DNA of 64,000 nt from positions 2,162,699 through 2,226,698 of the forward strand of contig CM082581.2 of the NCBI GenBank assembly GCA_040954595.2, written 5' to 3'. A program made the translations under genes and the position numbers. Within the stretch, counting starts at the first letter, position 1, and the number at the start of each line of letters is the position of its first letter. The notes under the pieces were generated by a model. That model searched no databases and was not told where the DNA came from. It saw only the letters and a list, made by a program, of their open reading frames with translations. Below, piece by piece: positions 62,547 through 64,000 of the stretch. Origin of the DNA: Balanoglossus misakiensis (taxonomy: Eukaryota; Animalia; Hemichordata).

Positions 62547-64000
62547 TTAGCGAGACCCCCCGCACCCTCTGCCCATATGCATGCACTAAGATTCCATGTG
62601 CTTTAAATTGATTTTCAGATTGATCCATCGGTGATCCTCTTAATGGATGATGAGATGTTATCTAAGTATTTGACATCTTATGGGGACAGAGTTGCTGCTG
62701 TGGACTTCTCTCGCAGATTATTTTGTACTGTTCCAGACAGAGAGAGCAGGAAGTCAGAACTACTGAAGACAAAAATTTAGCCTTCGAAATGGAAAGCAGA
62801 ATAGTGTATCAGATGACAAGGGAGAATCAAGTAAAGGTAATCGTGGACAAGCCTCAACTAGACCAAGACCATTTGGTAATACACATGCAGCAAAAATAAA
62901 GCGGAAAATTGAAATAGGATGGCTTGATTTTGATTTCATTGAAAAAGAATACAAGCAAGTTCGAGCCAGAAAAGGTGGTGGAACAAGGTGTATATCAGTA
63001 AGTAAGTCGAGCACGAAAGCTGATCTCCTGACTACAGGAAAAGATTTGTTTTTCCCCAACAGCGTATCACAGCGAGGAGACATGGACAGTTATCACGTTG
63101 ACATAAGAGATTCAGGAGAAAGAACAATTGATGAAACAAGCACCGTTGGCGAATTGTATGAAGTAACTGGTTTTAGAATGCTCCGCTTCTACATTATGAC
63201 AAAGAGAAAAGACTGTGAACAGGTAGTGAAACCTAAAAAGAAGAGCAGACAAACAAGTAAGCAGTCACAATTAGAATCAGTGTCATTGTCAGATGACAGC
63301 AGTGATGCTGATCTACCTGATCCAGGACTTGATAGGCATGTGCCAGTTCCACAGGCAAAGACGAGACAAGCAAGCAAGGGACAGTCACAAGCTCTTCCAC
63401 AGGAATATATTGATATGTTGTCTGATGAGAGCAATGATGCAGGTGTACCAAGTGCAGGAAACCACAATAAGCATATCCTAGATACAGTTCACCATGATCA
63501 TGGTATGCCCAGTTGTAGCAGATTCCAGTCTGAACCCATCCCTGACGTAGGTTCTGAAGTCACATTAGAGACAGTCGATTCTGATGCAGAACCACTGGTG
63601 ATTAGTGATAATGATTCAAACATTGTTCAGTTTGGATCACGGGGTTCCAATAGTAACTCAGCAGAAAGCCTTGATTCTACATTGCCGTTCTTTGAAAATG
63701 ATGAACCTGTTAGCCAATCCCAGCCCCAAGACACTACCAGTCATATCAGTGAAGATCAAGACCCAGTGGAGACTAGAACACTTGTAATACACAGGAGTGA
63801 TGTTTTGAATGACATGATTTCAGAATTCTCAGATCCAAAGATTATGGCATGTCCTATCAATGTGGCCATGGTTATGCCAGGAGGTAATATTGAGCGTGGT
63901 AGTGGTAGTGGAGTTGTGAGAGACTGTTTTACAAGTTTTTGGTCCGAGTTCTATGAATGTTGCACAGTTGGAAAGAATTGCCGGGTGCCATTCATTAGGC
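62286..64000 (+). CDS. SAM-like domain, conserved unnamed middle domain and HECT-like (G2E3-type) region; exons 62286-62363 and 62619 to beyond 64000; frameshift at ~62766
   Basis: MAEKLYEFLRRRRVPEEEIDRLEQEK|IDPSVILLMDDEMLSKYLTSYGDRVAAVDFSRR is SAM-like. The frame from 62767 is open for >410 codons to the window end: GNTHAAKIKRKIEIGWLDF..YKQVRARKGGGTR..KDLFFP..LYE..LRFYIMTK, an acidic linker, then LVIHRSDVLNDMISEF..ERGSGSGVVRDCFTSFWSEFY (HECT N-lobe-like). Confidence 0.75.

Larger units (their letters stand above)
60602..64000 (+). mobile_element. Left part of a large DNA transposon with an IS3EU-like end; continues beyond the window
   Basis: Starts TATGAAAGCC (TAY-type terminus, from memory of IS3EU families), followed by a subterminal tandem array and a SAM/HECT-like gene. 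The second end and the transposase are not in the window. Confidence 0.6.

Overview
AT-rich animal genomic DNA with spliceosomal introns, probably from a marine invertebrate (inferred from repeat types). The window is dominated by repeats and transposons. 1-24.3 kb is nested tandem repeats: a 175/192/194-bp satellite, a ~60-bp minisatellite, an ~850-bp macrosatellite with a 3411-bp four-monomer higher-order repeat, and a triplicated 1.35-kb unit. 24-45 kb holds MITEs, two LINE 3' ends, nested TTAA-flanked Kolobok-like elements, palindromic Crypton-like elements and damaged minus-strand host exons (a MED25-like Q-rich C-terminus and two EGF_CA exons). The best-supported system is a 10.85-kb CACTA/EnSpm (CMC) DNA transposon at 45870-56720. 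It has an intact 3-exon, ~903-aa transposase and a divergent 7-exon BEN-domain gene, driven from a mirror-symmetric promoter with two Staf/ZNF143-type sites, and is bounded by subterminal arrays of TCAATWGA-type palindromes. At 60602 a second element begins with an IS3EU-like end; it carries a SAM plus HECT-like gene that runs off the window. All family assignments come from recalled motifs and none were checked against a database.
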